A DNA stretch of 64,000 nucleotides from an uncultured Methanoregulaceae archaeon (GTDB lineage: Archaea; Halobacteriota; Methanomicrobia; Methanomicrobiales; Methanospirillaceae). Positions 40,235-51,764 of the stretch are shown here, piece by piece (position 1 is the stretch's first letter; every line of letters begins with the position of its first letter). Location of the stretch: contig CAVTTL010000001.1 of NCBI GenBank assembly GCA_963737635.1, forward strand, positions 256,001 to 320,000, written 5' to 3'. The notes under the pieces were generated by a model. It ran no database searches. It saw only the letters and a list, made by a program, of their open reading frames with translations, and was not told where the DNA came from. A program made the translations under genes and the position numbers.

Positions 40235-41452
40235 TCAGGCCCTCATCGCAGTCTGGATATCCTCACGCGATACCTGGTAGGCCGGGACATACCCGGCAAT
40301 AATAGCGGCGATAAACAGAGTCAGGGAATTAGTAAACAGATCCATCGGTGTCAGGTACAGGGTCGCAGACCATTCGGGAGTCACGATGGGATGAAGGGCC
40401 ATGTAGACCGAAAGCAGCAGGGTGAGAACAATCCCGAGGATAATGCCCAGGAGGGCAAGGATCATGACCTGGAACCCATAGCTGTGCATGATAACTTCCT
40501 TATCAACACCGATTGCTTTGAGGATCCCAATCTGCCGGCGGCTGTTGAGGGTCTTGATCGTGATGACGATGAAGAGTACGACCGTCGTAATAATGATGCT
40601 CACTATCAGGGATACCAGGTTGATAATCGCAAAACTCTGGAACGCGCTTCCTAAGCTTTTTGCGAGCAGATCGGTTGTTGTCTGGACCTTTTGTGAAACA
40701 CCGTACTGGGTGAGTTCATCTTTCACAAAGCCCTCCGAATACCCGGGCGCAGCCTTGACGGTGATATCGTCCGCATAATCCAAAGGCTGCTGGCCCAGCA
40801 CCTGTTGCATGTCCGTCCAGCTCACGTAGACTGCGCTGTCTGCCTCGCTCCAGCCGGTAGAATAGATCCCTTTTACCCGGTAGTCTTTTGTGTAGCCGTT
40901 CGCGTACACGATCGTGATCGAGTCACCGACCCGGACGCCGCCGAGCGAGGGCTGGAACTCGTCCTCTTCCCGGATTGCCGGATTGCCGGCGACCGGCTTC
41001 CCGATGATGACCTCCCCGGTGTCAGTGTCCCCGAGGTACGTGCCGGCGATCATCTTCTGGTACAACGGCGAGACGTACTTCTCATCGTCAGGTTTGATGG
41101 CCCGCACCGAGACCCCGAGGATACGCTGCCGGTAGGTGAGGGTAGCACCTTCGCTTATATGGGGGGTTGCCCGTTCCACGCCGGGCATACCGTTGATAAG
41201 GGCGAGCACATCGCTCAGGTTGGTTACGTACTGGTCGCCCGACTCAGGGCTCACCAGCACATTTCCGACCTCGTAATCCACCAGCTGGGTCGTGATGCTC
41301 CGCTCGATCCCGTTAAACAGGGAGGGCAGGAAGATCATGTTGGTAAAACACATCCCGACGATCAGGACGGTCAGGATCACGCTTGACCTGCTTCCCCGCT
41401 GGAGCGACCGCAGGGCAAGCAGGAAGGCAACCTTCAGTTCTTTTTTACCCAT
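40235..41452 (-). CDS. FtsX/LolE-like ABC permease
   Basis: TM, extracellular domain, 3 TM; RRQIGILKAIG. Confidence 0.88.
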   Translation of the reverse strand: MGKKELKVAFLLALRSLQRGSRSSVILTVLIVGMCFTNMIFLPSLFNGIERSITTQLVDYEVGNVLVSPESGDQYVTNLSDVLALINGMPGVERATPHISEGATLTYRQRILGVSVRAIKPDDEKYVSPLYQKMIAGTYLGDTDTGEVIIGKPVAGNPAIREEDEFQPSLGGVRVGDSITIVYANGYTKDYRVKGIYSTGWSEADSAVYVSWTDMQQVLGQQPLDYADDITVKAAPGYSEGFVKDELTQYGVSQKVQTTTDLLAKSLGSAFQSFAIINLVSLIVSIIITTVVLFIVITIKTLNSRRQIGILKAIGVDKEVIMHSYGFQVMILALLGIILGIVLTLLLSVYMALHPIVTPEWSATLYLTPMDLFTNSLTLFIAAIIAGYVPAYQVSREDIQTAMRA

Positions 41453-42696
41453 GGGAACGTTCCGTCGCCGTTTTTGCGGGGTAGGTACACGTAGCGGTAC
41501 CCGAGGAACCCAAGGACACAAAGAACAATAATACCGAAGATCAGGGTCCCGGAAGTATCGGCAGGAGGCACCCGGAGGGTCATGGGCAGGGTAAACGTAT
41601 GATCGCCCATATCGTCCGTGTAATTGACGGTGAGGTTATACGGGTACGTGCCGCCTTTCATATTTTCAATCAGGAAGAGTGCCGGTGCATCGTCGCCCGG
41701 TTTGATCTTCCCGATAAATGCCTGTTTTGTTCCCTCCGCAGGGAGGTCCACGGTTGCCGAGACCTTTTTGGCATCACCGGTGCCGGTGTTTTCGATCCGT
41801 ATAGTAAGATCAAACGGCGTTGCTTCGGCAAGCGGCGAGGGATTGGTATCCACGGAAACGATGCCCAGTTCGGCCTTTCCTTCTAATACCAGATCGATAC
41901 TCGAGGGCTGCGTTACCGGCGTACCATCGATGGTCTTATAGCTGATTGTCACCGGGACCTGGATGAGGCCGGGGTTTGTCTGCTTATCCGAGAGGAGGAC
42001 TACGTTGACTGATTTCTGGTCGCTTGCGTTGAGGCGCCCGAGGTCATAGGTATCGGTATATTCAGGCGCAATGTCAGTACTCACATTGGCTATTTTCAGG
42101 GTAATGTCATCGGCGAGGAGCAGGCCGGCGTTGCTCAACGTCAGCGTTACCGGGATATCATCGCCCGGGTTGACCGTCCCGTTGATGTCACTGTTCAGGA
42201 TGAGGATCGCCTGTTTCTGGATGCCGACTGCCGTATCGACGTTCACGGGGATCGGGTACTTCGTGCTCTGGCCGCCAAGAGTGTCGATCCAGATCTCCGG
42301 GTAATATAACCCGGGCTGGTCCGGGGCCTGGATCGAGAACGTAAGGGGAAGTGCCTGGCCGGGACCAAGAGCGCCCACCCGGTTGAAATCCTGGGTCAGG
42401 ACGGTGATACCGTTTCCTTCGAGATGAACATTTTCGATATTGACGTTGAAGTCATTGGTCCGGACCTGGGTATACGTTGTCGACTGGAGCTCCCCGGACT
42501 CCTGGGTGACAGACGCACTTTGGGCAGTATTATTCACCATGATACTAATGGTGCCAAAGCTGCCCGGCATAAGGACGGACGGGTTCACCTTGAAGCTGCC
42601 GATGGTTGCGGTGGGTATATCGTCGGCATAGACCATGGGTGCGACCATGATCACAAGAGCAAACAGGAGGACAGGTACGAAGATACAGGATCTCAT
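41434..42696 (-). CDS. COG1361-like S-layer domain protein
   Basis: Signal, repeated Ig-like (L/I).N.G...A motifs, C-terminal TM; first gene of the ABC operon. Confidence 0.75.
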   Translation of the reverse strand: MRSCIFVPVLLFALVIMVAPMVYADDIPTATIGSFKVNPSVLMPGSFGTISIMVNNTAQSASVTQESGELQSTTYTQVRTNDFNVNIENVHLEGNGITVLTQDFNRVGALGPGQALPLTFSIQAPDQPGLYYPEIWIDTLGGQSTKYPIPVNVDTAVGIQKQAILILNSDINGTVNPGDDIPVTLTLSNAGLLLADDITLKIANVSTDIAPEYTDTYDLGRLNASDQKSVNVVLLSDKQTNPGLIQVPVTISYKTIDGTPVTQPSSIDLVLEGKAELGIVSVDTNPSPLAEATPFDLTIRIENTGTGDAKKVSATVDLPAEGTKQAFIGKIKPGDDAPALFLIENMKGGTYPYNLTVNYTDDMGDHTFTLPMTLRVPPADTSGTLIFGIIVLCVLGFLGYRYVYLPRKNGDGTFPWVKKN

Positions 42697-42839
42697 GGTT
42701 TCATTTCCGTTTTTCTGGATGGATACACATCTAGATGCATGTCAATATCTGGATGTTGACACTATAAAGTTGTTTCATCAATTTTAGAATGCAGCTTCCC
42801 TGTATACCAAGGAATAACGATTCACCAAGAAATATTAAA

Positions 42840-42891
42840 TACCCAAAGTTATAAAACTTACCAAGAGTATAGTAAGAATACCCATAGTATA
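42840..42891. promoter_or_regulatory. Candidate TetR operator repeats
   Basis: TACCAAGAGTATA (42859) and TACCCATAGTATA (42879) 20 bp apart, weaker copy at 42840. Confidence 0.4.
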
Positions 42892-42932
42892 AGACACAAA
42901 TTTGCATTTTTAGAGGATTCGCGCGAAAATCC

Positions 42933-43517
42933 ATGCCACGGATTATCCAGGAATACCGGGAAGAAGTCAGGAAAAAGATCGTCGATACAGCGTACGGCCT
43001 CACCATAGAGAAAGGGTACAGTGGTACCACTATGGAAGAAATAGCCCGGAGGCTTGGCGTAACAAAACCAGCGCTCTATCAGTATTTCTCCGGAAAAGAG
43101 GACCTCTATGCTGCGGTTACCGAGAAGTGCAGGCAGGAACTCACCGGGCTGCTCGAGCGTTCGTACCGGAACCGGAATATCGCAGAAGGGAGTGCCGCCC
43201 TCTTCGAAGAGCTGGCTGAGTACGTGCCCCGGTTCAATGACATGTATGCTGAGACACTCCTGCTTGCCTCCCACAACGAGAAGCTGCGGGACCTGCTCCG
43301 GCAGGATCGCAAAGAAGATCTCCGCCTCGTCCAACAGTTCATCGTCCGGAAACAGGAAGAGGGGCTGGTCTCCCGGACACGGGATCCCCGGACCCTCGCC
43401 ATCGCCTGCGACGCCTTAATCAACGGACTCCTTATAGATATCATGATGGGACTGGACAAGAATGAGGCAAAAGAGATCTGGGTCTCGACACTGGAGCATA
43501 TGATCCAGGCTGATTAG
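42933..43517 (+). CDS. TetR/AcrR family regulator
   Basis: TMEEIARRLGVTKPALYQYF. Confidence 0.92.
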   Translation: MPRIIQEYREEVRKKIVDTAYGLTIEKGYSGTTMEEIARRLGVTKPALYQYFSGKEDLYAAVTEKCRQELTGLLERSYRNRNIAEGSAALFEELAEYVPRFNDMYAETLLLASHNEKLRDLLRQDRKEDLRLVQQFIVRKQEEGLVSRTRDPRTLAIACDALINGLLIDIMMGLDKNEAKEIWVSTLEHMIQAD

Positions 43518-43584
43518 GTTTTTCAATTCGTCATTATGCGCCGGATACCTCAGGCAGGTATGATCGTTGTCCTGTTGGTTTTAC

Positions 43585-44013
43585 TCACCCTTTCACCAGC
43601 AGGACCATGCAGTCTGCCGTATGGATAACACTCTCGGCGACACTGCCCATGAAAAATCTCTCAAAACCGCTCTTGCTCCGGGAACCGATAACGATGAGAT
43701 CGATCGTGTTTTTTACGGCAAAATCCGTGATTACCTGCGCCGGCTTGCCGGACAGCACAACGGTCTCCAGAGGCAGTTCCCCTGCCATCTGTTTTACCTG
43801 TGCTACGGCTTTTTCCCCTTCGCCTTTTAACTGTGAATACAGGCTTTCAGGTACCAGCTCTGCCTGCGCTGACGTAAACAGGGTTTCGTCGATTACATAA
43901 ATGACAACGAGGGCAGATCCGCAGGCCCGGGCTATCTCCAGCCCTTTTTTTACTGCCGCTTTATTCTTCTCCGATCCGTCCGTTGCTATCAGGATTCTTC
44001 CAAAGAGTTTCAT
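43585..44013 (-). CDS. Universal stress protein
   Basis: ILIATDGS, DLIVIGS, MGSVAESV. Confidence 0.92.
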   Translation of the reverse strand: MKLFGRILIATDGSEKNKAAVKKGLEIARACGSALVVIYVIDETLFTSAQAELVPESLYSQLKGEGEKAVAQVKQMAGELPLETVVLSGKPAQVITDFAVKNTIDLIVIGSRSKSGFERFFMGSVAESVIHTADCMVLLVKG

Positions 44014-44170
44014 GTCTGTTTCACCGTGAAATGCCGGATGTACAGCAGACTTTGTATGCTATCCGGTTTTTTCTTTTTGCACCGGTCTGAATGCCGAAAA
44101 GTCTTCGAGCCAGGTACTGCTACAGGGAAAATAATTTCTGCAAAAAAGATTTTCCCCGAGTGTTGATCAC

Positions 44171-45617
44171 TTATTTTCCTGTCGGTAAATTCCGGTACCA
44201 TCCCTGGGGATCGGTACGGCTGAACACCGGTTTAAAATAACTGTGGTACAGCCCGAACAGCACCGATTTCAGCATACCGGGCCGCTTGAATATATATCCG
44301 GGGCGAAGGTAGAACCGCAGGTATGCCTCCTGGAGCTTGCGGGAGACCTGCCCCGAGGTCAACCCGAATGCTTCGTACCGGATGACGGGATTGGTTACGG
44401 TATAGTTATCCCAGTCTTCGGTGGCAAGAAGATTGTTCTCCTTTAAGTCCCGGTAGATGGGGGTCCCGGGGTAGGGGGTAAGGATAGTAAACTGCGCATA
44501 ATCGGGGTCGAGACGGATCGCAAAATCGATCGTTGCCGTCATATCGTCGTATGTTTCCCCCGGGTACCCGAGCATAAACGAAGTGAGTACGCCGATCCCG
44601 CAGTCCTTTGCAGTCCTGACGGCATCCTCCGCCATGGATAACGAGATTCGTTTGTTCATCAGATCCAGGGTTCTTAACGATCCGGATTCAACACCGTAAT
44701 AGATAGTCGACATCCCGGCCTTTTTTAATTCACTGAGAATATCGTGATTGACCTCGTTGACCCGGGACGATGCGACAAAGGAGATATCGAGTCCTCTCGA
44801 CTGTATTTCACGGGCGATTGCACGTGCCCGGGACCGGTCGAGCATAAAATTGTCATCAAGGAACTCAAAGTTCTTGACCTGGTATTTCACGGCGAGTTCC
44901 TCTATCTCGTCAACCACGTTCGCGGGTGACCGGGCCCGGAACCTCCCCCCCATGAGGTGTGAGGAAGAGCAGTAATTGCAGGCAAACGTGCAGCCACGGC
45001 TGGTGATCATAAATCCGGCCCCTCCATCCTGGTTAAACAACCTGTACTGGCTGAAAGGGACGAGGTGCCGGGCGGGGAAGGGGAGGGTGTCCAGGTCCTG
45101 GATCAGGGGTCGGGCCCGGGTGACCACAATGCGTTCTCTCTCTCTGTCCTTCTGCCGGTACGCAATGCCCCGGACTGTTTCCGGCCAGCGGGGATCGTCT
45201 GGTTTAAATGACCGGGCCAGATCGGCGACCGTCTCCTCACCTTCCCCAATAACGACGGCGTCGAGTTCCCGGCATGCAGCCAGGGTCTCTGCCGGGAGAA
45301 AGGTGACATGCGGCCCACCGATGAAAATAAAGCAGTCCGATAGCATATCGCGAATTTTCCTGACGTACTGGAACGCCTTTGAGAGGGTCGCGGTCGTGGC
45401 AGTCAGGCCCACAAGGTCCGGGCGCAGCCCCTGAATGATCCCGGCTGACGTTATCCGGCGTGGCATTGAGAAGATTCGCATCGATGATAGCAGCAGAGAA
45501 CCCCGCTTTTTCAACCGCGCCGGCGAGATACATGAGGTTCAGGGGCGGCGCTTTGAGGCCGAGTCCCCGGGCTGCCAGCGATGAATCCTGGGGATTGACA
45601 AAGACGACCCGGGTCAT
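44171..45617 (-). CDS. B12-binding radical SAM protein, apparent frameshift near 45441
   Basis: PPLNLMYLA, GGPHVT, VIGEGE, SRGCTFACNYC, GVESGS, PYPGT. Confidence 0.88.
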
Positions 45618-47099
45618 AGTGTCTTCACCACGGGAGAACGTTCCTTACCCACGTGCCTGTTCTCACGGGAACCGGCCGCTCCGTGCCTGAGGGTTTCCCA
45701 GGCATTCTGGTTGTTTATACATCCCGGATCGGGGGCGCCAAGATCCTGGAAATAGGCCCATGCCCGTGCCCTGCACCCGCCACAGATATACCGGTCCGTG
45801 CACGTGCCGCAGGAACCGGTCAGGTGGTCGCGGTCCCGCAATTTTTTGAGCACCGGTGCCGTATGCCAGATATCAAGGAATCGCTGGTCCCGGATATTCC
45901 CGACTTTGACGGGCATGAAAACACAGGGCTGGATATCACCCTGCGGTTCGATGCTGCAGTAGAGCCGGCCGGCTCCGCACCCGCCGATAAAATCGGCAAG
46001 CATCCGGGTCCTGCCATTGAGTTCGGTGCCAAGATGGAAATGCCCCACCGGTACTCCTGCACCCGCATCTTCCTCGAGGGCGACCCGGGCAAACTGCGGA
46101 GCAGTGGAAAGCACGACGGGCGAGTGCCCCGGCCTGTTTTGTGCCAGAACAAACCTGAGGAGGTCCTCGCGCTCGCAGGGAGTTATGTCCTTGTCCGCCA
46201 TGTCCACACCCCGCCCGGTGGGAATAAAATTGAAACAGACGACGCGGGTCACTAAAAGGTCTTCCGCGAGCTTGTGGATCTCCGGCACCTGGTCATAGTT
46301 GTCCTGCGTCACCGTCGTGGCAATACAGGTATAGATATCCTTATCGATGCAGTTTCTGATCCCGGCAACACTGCGGTTGAAGGCCCCCTCAATACCCCGC
46401 ATGGCATCGTGATGCGCCGCATCTTTACCGTCAAGGGAGATCTCCACATAGTCCACTCCGGCTTCTTTAAGCCTGCCGGGCAACCTCCGGGGTGATCAGC
46501 GTCCCGTTGCTCGCCAGTGCTACATACATATCGTAATGACGGGCAAAGGCGGCGATCTCGAAAAAATCTTTTCTCATGAGAGGCTCGCCCCCGGAAAATG
46601 CGATGACGACGACACCCGCGTCTGCCAGTTCCCGGATCAGGTCTTTGGCCTCCTCGGTACCCAGTTCATCCGGAAGGGCCTGCTGGGCGTCCTGGTAGCA
46701 GTGTTTGCATTGCAGGTTACACTTGTGGGTGAAATCCCAGACCACGAGAAAGGGCGCGTTGATCATCTGGGGCCGGGTGACGCCGTACCGTGCAATACCG
46801 TTAAGGACATTCATGATACCCCGTTTGAACACCGGGTTCTCCAATGACCTCCTGAAATCCTTATTATTGACCCCAAACAGGAAACTGCCTTTCCGGAACG
46901 TGTGCCCGACAACGTTCCCGGCCAGCCTGCATTTCCAGCAGAGCGGTTTTTTCCGGCCAAGATAGTAATCAATCCCATTCGACAACCGGTCTCCGCATTC
47001 GTCGTGGGATACGACAAACTGGAGGAATGCACGCGAGACCGGGTTGCCGATCCACCGCTCGACACCAGCCATGGCAGACGATACGTCTTCTGACATCAC
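45614..47099 (-). CDS. Radical SAM/SPASM protein, apparent frameshift near 46478
   Basis: APFLVVWDFTHKCNLQCKHC, FSGGEP, GCGAGR..PCVF..CGTC....CGGCRARA..DPGC. Confidence 0.88.
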
Positions 47100-47298
47100 G
47101 ACACCTCAGGTATGAACTCCCGTGGCGGGTGCATTACCGATTCTCATTATATAAGAATTCCCCTGATTTCTAAAACGAATGTCACCGCGTGAAACAGAGA
47201 ATCGAAAAAGAAATACCATTAAGGAAAGATTCCCAGCGTAACGTCGTGCCTTCTGACGGCTCGAGACGCACAGAACGGTTTTGGAAAAAAGAAAACGA

Positions 47299-48213
47299 TC
47301 AGGGTCCGTTCAAGGTTGCTTCCGGAACGGTCACGTTCTCCGTACTGTTGCCGACGGGTGACCCTGACCCGGAAGCCGCGATGGGCGCCACGACGTCCAG
47401 GTTCCCGTACGGGATCGATGTAGAATCTGTCGTGATCAGGGTGCCATCCTGGTAGACATTGACGGTCAGGTTGTCCCCGGACCCGTCATTTTTACTGACC
47501 GATGCAATAACATAACGATAATTCATCATCAGTACCCGGTAGAATTGATCCCCGGTGTTTGGTTTCGTCTGCAGGCTGCCAGAGAGCATCTGCTGGGTCG
47601 CCGGCGTCCCCACGGATCCTGAATAATACCGGTCATAATTGATCTCCACCCAGACCCCTGAGGACGGTATAAGTGTTGGTGTTGGTGTCGGTATCGGTGT
47701 GGGCGTCGGTGTCAGCACAACAACCGGGGTCGCTACCGGGGTCGGAACGGTTGTGGGTGCCGGAGTGGGGGTCACCTGCTGAGGGAAGAAGCCGCCAGAG
47801 CCCTGCGCATGCTTCATGACGATAATTCCGGCAGCGGCAACGATAAGGATCACAAGAACTATTCCCACAAAAAAGAGGGGGCGCTTTCGTGCCGGTGTTC
47901 CCTGGGGCAGGGAGGGCCCGGATGGGGCTGGGGCAGGAGGCTTGGTTCCCTGATCATCGAGAAGCCCAACAACGATTTTTTTTGCTTTCTTTGCATTTTC
48001 ATAACCGGGACTGATCGTTAACGCCCTCTGGATAGACTGATAGGCATCCTGATAGTTGCCGGTCTGGATCAGAGATAAGCCGCGGTTGTTCCATGCCTCA
48101 GCCAAGGATGAATCCAGCGCTATGGCCTTATCAAAAGCAGCTATTGCACGGCGGTAATCGCCCTTTTCGTAAAGGGCCACACCTTGTTTGAACCATGTTT
48201 GAGCATCATCCAT
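47299..48213 (-). CDS. TPR-TM-Pro/Thr linker membrane protein
   Basis: Two TPRs (WFKQG, AWNNRG), one TM, PT repeats. Confidence 0.8.
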   Translation of the reverse strand: MDDAQTWFKQGVALYEKGDYRRAIAAFDKAIALDSSLAEAWNNRGLSLIQTGNYQDAYQSIQRALTISPGYENAKKAKKIVVGLLDDQGTKPPAPAPSGPSLPQGTPARKRPLFFVGIVLVILIVAAAGIIVMKHAQGSGGFFPQQVTPTPAPTTVPTPVATPVVVLTPTPTPIPTPTPTLIPSSGVWVEINYDRYYSGSVGTPATQQMLSGSLQTKPNTGDQFYRVLMMNYRYVIASVSKNDGSGDNLTVNVYQDGTLITTDSTSIPYGNLDVVAPIAASGSGSPVGNSTENVTVPEATLNGP

Positions 48214-48400
48214 ATGGTTAAAAAGCATTTATTGAATATAGGGATTCCTACATTGAATTCCCGGATCATGAGAATAGTTTGCCCGGCACGCAAAAATCTT
48301 GTGTTATTATGAGGCACGGGTTTTTCTCTTCAACAGGTACGGCGATCGGGGTGGTCACCTGAAGCATAGTTTCATAACCTCATAAACGAGAGCTGAAAAC

Positions 48401-48673
48401 ATGGATCCTGGCGATACCCTGGTCACGTTAAAGATACCGACCGCATTGATTGAGAAACTGGATACCGTTGCAAAACTTAAGTATCTCAACCGGGAGGATG
48501 TGATTATCGATGCGTGCGCTTATTATTGCCAGTTCTATGATATGCGGAGCGAAGAATTTCCGGCAACGATGCGGAGTGTTTTTTTCAATCTTGCCCGTCA
48601 TGACGACGAATTCCGTAAACTGTTGCGCCAGGTAGTACAGGAAAACCCGATCGCCGATATCAACAATCAATAA
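48401..48673 (+). CDS. Ribbon-helix-helix (CopG-like) protein
   Basis: VTLKIPTALIEKLD..NREDVI..A. Confidence 0.65.
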   Translation: MDPGDTLVTLKIPTALIEKLDTVAKLKYLNREDVIIDACAYYCQFYDMRSEEFPATMRSVFFNLARHDDEFRKLLRQVVQENPIADINNQ

Positions 48674-48786
48674 CCTTTTCTTTTTTCGCATAGCCGGATT
48701 CCGGGTTCCCAGACCTGACCAGATACCACCGCCGGGAAAGATATCCTTAAAAACCACCCTCGCATACAGGAAACCGGTGAAAACCT

Positions 48787-49347
48787 ATGGATAAGGTAAC
48801 TCTCGGCCCGATGCCGTATATGAGTGTCATGCCCACGGTTCTCGTAGGCGCAAACGTAAAAGGGAAAGCAAATTATATGACCGCTGCATGGGCCTCAGTA
48901 GCCTGTATGGTACCGCCGATGGTGTGTGTAGCGATCAACAAAGCTCGGTATACTGCATCAGGGATAACAGAAAACAAGACGTTCAGCCTCAACATTCCCT
49001 CTGCCCACCAGGTGATCGAGACCGACCATTGCGGCCTTGTCTCCGGGACGCAGGTGGACAAAACCGGGGTATTCCGGTCGTTCTATGGCAAGCTCAAGAA
49101 CGCTCCCCTTGCAGAAGAATGCCCGGTGAACATCGAATGCAGGCTGTTTAAAACGGTGGACTGCGGAAGTCATCTCCTGATTATCGGTGAAGTTGCGGAG
49201 ATCCATGCCGACGCATCCTGCCTGACAGACGGAAAACCGGACACTACGAAAATTAATCCGATGGTCTATGCCCAGGCCACCTATTTCGAAGTGGGAAAAG
49301 AGATTGAGAAAGCGTTCTCTGCCGGGAAGAAGTATCATAAGAAGTAA
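48787..49347 (+). CDS. Flavin reductase/flavoredoxin family protein
   Basis: NYMTAAW, CGLVSG..DK, ECPVNIEC, GSHLLIIGEV. Confidence 0.9.
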   Translation: MDKVTLGPMPYMSVMPTVLVGANVKGKANYMTAAWASVACMVPPMVCVAINKARYTASGITENKTFSLNIPSAHQVIETDHCGLVSGTQVDKTGVFRSFYGKLKNAPLAEECPVNIECRLFKTVDCGSHLLIIGEVAEIHADASCLTDGKPDTTKINPMVYAQATYFEVGKEIEKAFSAGKKYHKK

Positions 49348-49640
49348 ACCCGGAAGCTCTTTTTTGGGCCCCTTTTTTCCATCAACACTTTTTTAAGGAT
49401 AGAAACAGTAAAACACCACAGAGAGAACTGTACGGCAGATGAATACCTTATGCTGGCCGACCATGCCTACCTGTCCCTGGTAATTCCGCCACAGGAGCGG
49501 ATCCTGCTTGCAGTTGCCCTTTTCTGCATTGCAGCCGTACTCGGCTATTTTTTGGTAAAAGCGCTCCTGTACTCTGCGGAGCACGAACCCGGCCAATAAT
49601 GCAGGCAGAATGGGTGAACGTACCCTGCCTTTTCACATAC

Positions 49641-50024
49641 TCAGGTGATATAACTTCGGATTTTTTTGGTTAGTGCCATTTTTCTCCGGATCTCGTTTTC
49701 CTTTTCAGTCTGGATGTGATCGATGATCTCTGCTATTGGACGGGAGAGACTGAAAATGTTCTGCGGCCGGCCGATCGATTCTGTCTTTTCGAGCCTGCTT
49801 GCAATCCAGCCCCGCGACTGGAGATACTGCATCCCGAGGCTGACCTCAGGCTGGCGGAGATCGGTCCCTCGCTCGATATCACGGGACGAGGCTTCGGGTG
49901 TGTTTGCAAGAAATACGAGCACCGTTGCAACGGTCCTGGGAACCCCTATCCTGATCAGGAGATCGGTGAATTCCACGTCCTTTTCGGTGAAATAAAGAAC
50001 TTTTGTGCCAGGCATTATATTCAC
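49641..50024 (-). CDS. Archaeal wHTH transcriptional regulator
   Basis: SRDIERGTDLRQPEVSLGM..GRP. Confidence 0.85.
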   Translation of the reverse strand: MNIMPGTKVLYFTEKDVEFTDLLIRIGVPRTVATVLVFLANTPEASSRDIERGTDLRQPEVSLGMQYLQSRGWIASRLEKTESIGRPQNIFSLSRPIAEIIDHIQTEKENEIRRKMALTKKIRSYIT

Positions 50025-50348
50025 GTTCTTTCCATTACGTGACTTTTATTTTTCATTATCTATTATATAAGTCTTGGTATAGTACCAATTGCCTATAACC
50101 GGAATATCCTGCAAACCGGCCCGGGACATTTGCCGGAAATCATCGTCACAAATACACCTGTCAGCATGAAAAGTCCTCAGGATGGCCCTGAGACCGGGAT
50201 TGCATCGGTTATTGTCTTGTGCGAGCTATGGGTTCTGCGGCATTTAATGCTCTTTTTTTCACCCGGTTCGGGGATTTAACGCATATCCACGCGTTTTCAG
50301 AGGAAGCATTAAATATCGTATCCCTGCATATCCCTATATGGAATTATT

Positions 50349-50753
50349 ATGAGCAGGGAGAAGATCAAGGTTCCAAGCAACGTGTATGAAGAGCTGGTCT
50401 CGCTTGAGCGTGAGATCCATTTCACGTTGGATACCCAGGATACCGTGAAGCGGGCTGAAGACCGGGGATATATGGCGGCTGCAAACTGGATCCGCCAGAA
50501 TGAGAACGCATACAAGGTCGGTTTCTCGTGGGGATTTGAACCCGAGGCCGAGGAACCGCACAGCACCATTCGCGATGTACCGGAACGGAGTGAACCGGTT
50601 CAGAGACGAACCGTTGCCCACCCGCCTACGCTCCAGGCCAGCCGGCCCCAGCCCCAGCCAAGCCGCTCCCCCCAGAGAAAGTCTTCCTCCAGCAGCAGCA
50701 GCAACACGGGCATCGTTGCCGGGATCAAAAACTGGATCAATAAATACTTCTGA
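50349..50753 (+). CDS. Hypothetical protein
   Basis: Folded-looking N-terminal 65 aa, low-complexity tail, T-rich run after the stop. Confidence 0.65.
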   Translation: MSREKIKVPSNVYEELVSLEREIHFTLDTQDTVKRAEDRGYMAAANWIRQNENAYKVGFSWGFEPEAEEPHSTIRDVPERSEPVQRRTVAHPPTLQASRPQPQPSRSPQRKSSSSSSSNTGIVAGIKNWINKYF

Positions 50754-50847
50754 TCACCAGTCTTTTTTCACCATACATGAAGAAGACGGGCAGGAACGCT
50801 CGTCATCCAGCAATACCGTACATACAATCGACGAGGGATAACTGACC

Positions 50848-51195
50848 ATGGCACGCGAACTGAGTAACAGGGATATTGAAATCTTAAAGAAACTTGCGCC
50901 TGAATGCGGGGATCTCACCTGCGGCGGATCCGGGCACCAGTTCCACGCGATCCTTCCTCCGGTCTCCAATCATTTTGCGGAGAGTGCCGAGGATTTTACC
51001 CGGCGAATCAGCCAGCTCACCGATGAGGAACTGACCTACATCACAGAAAAGATCCTGACCGGGGAGGAAGGGCTTGGCTGTGTTGAGACCGAAGATGCAG
51101 AAGCGCTCGTAAAACTGGTCCACGACAGGATCTCACCAGAGATGGCAAAAAAAGTGATCGCCGCATACGAATCAGGTGGAGAGTGCGATCTCTGA
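50848..51195 (+). CDS. Hypothetical protein
   Basis: 115-aa ORF, purine-rich RBS, co-oriented with neighbours. Confidence 0.7.
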   Translation: MARELSNRDIEILKKLAPECGDLTCGGSGHQFHAILPPVSNHFAESAEDFTRRISQLTDEELTYITEKILTGEEGLGCVETEDAEALVKLVHDRISPEMAKKVIAAYESGGECDL

Positions 51196-51220
51196 TCCTA
51201 AAAACTAAGCAATCCATCCC

Positions 51221-51694
51221 ATGATCGAGACCACATCCCTGATTGCTGCCCTTGGCTCATCTGTCATAAAGACACGGCGGGATGCTGCCGCACGCCTCGG
51301 GCGATCCGGCGACCCGGCCGCGGTAATGCCACTCGTAGAGGCGCTGTGCGATACCCACCCGGTCGTCCGCCGGGAAACGGCGCTGGCGCTCGGGCGGCTG
51401 GACGACGACCGTGCCGGGCCGGGCCTTATCACGGCGCTGACCGACTCGGATCCCGAGGTCAGGGCCGGGGCGATCGCAGCGCTTGGGCGACTCCGGGACC
51501 GCCGGGCGGTCATTCCTCTCACGGGGTGCCTGAGTGACCGCGATGACCGGATCCGGGCCGGGGCGGCTGAAGTGCTGGGCAAGCTCGGCGATCCCCGGGC
51601 TATCGGGGCGCTGACCAGTGTAACGGCGGATCCCTTCGAGGGTGTCCGGGATGCTGCTTCCCGGGCCCTGATCAGGTTGGGGAAACGGAAATGA
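51221..51694 (+). CDS. HEAT/PBS-lyase repeat protein
   Basis: Repeats VR..AA.ALG.L.D.RA. Confidence 0.9.
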   Translation: MIETTSLIAALGSSVIKTRRDAAARLGRSGDPAAVMPLVEALCDTHPVVRRETALALGRLDDDRAGPGLITALTDSDPEVRAGAIAALGRLRDRRAVIPLTGCLSDRDDRIRAGAAEVLGKLGDPRAIGALTSVTADPFEGVRDAASRALIRLGKRK

Positions 51695-51764
51695 CCGGCT
51701 TTAGCGTCATTGGGGCAGAGGTTATTTAATCCCGCTTCCTTTATCTAAAAGTACCCGTTCATGA

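Noticed and set aside
47670-47780. Pro/Thr repeat DNA
   Set aside because: Ordinary coding linker of the TPR protein
49393-49640. Short ORFs between the flavin reductase and the regulator
   Set aside because: No consistent frame or recognisable motif
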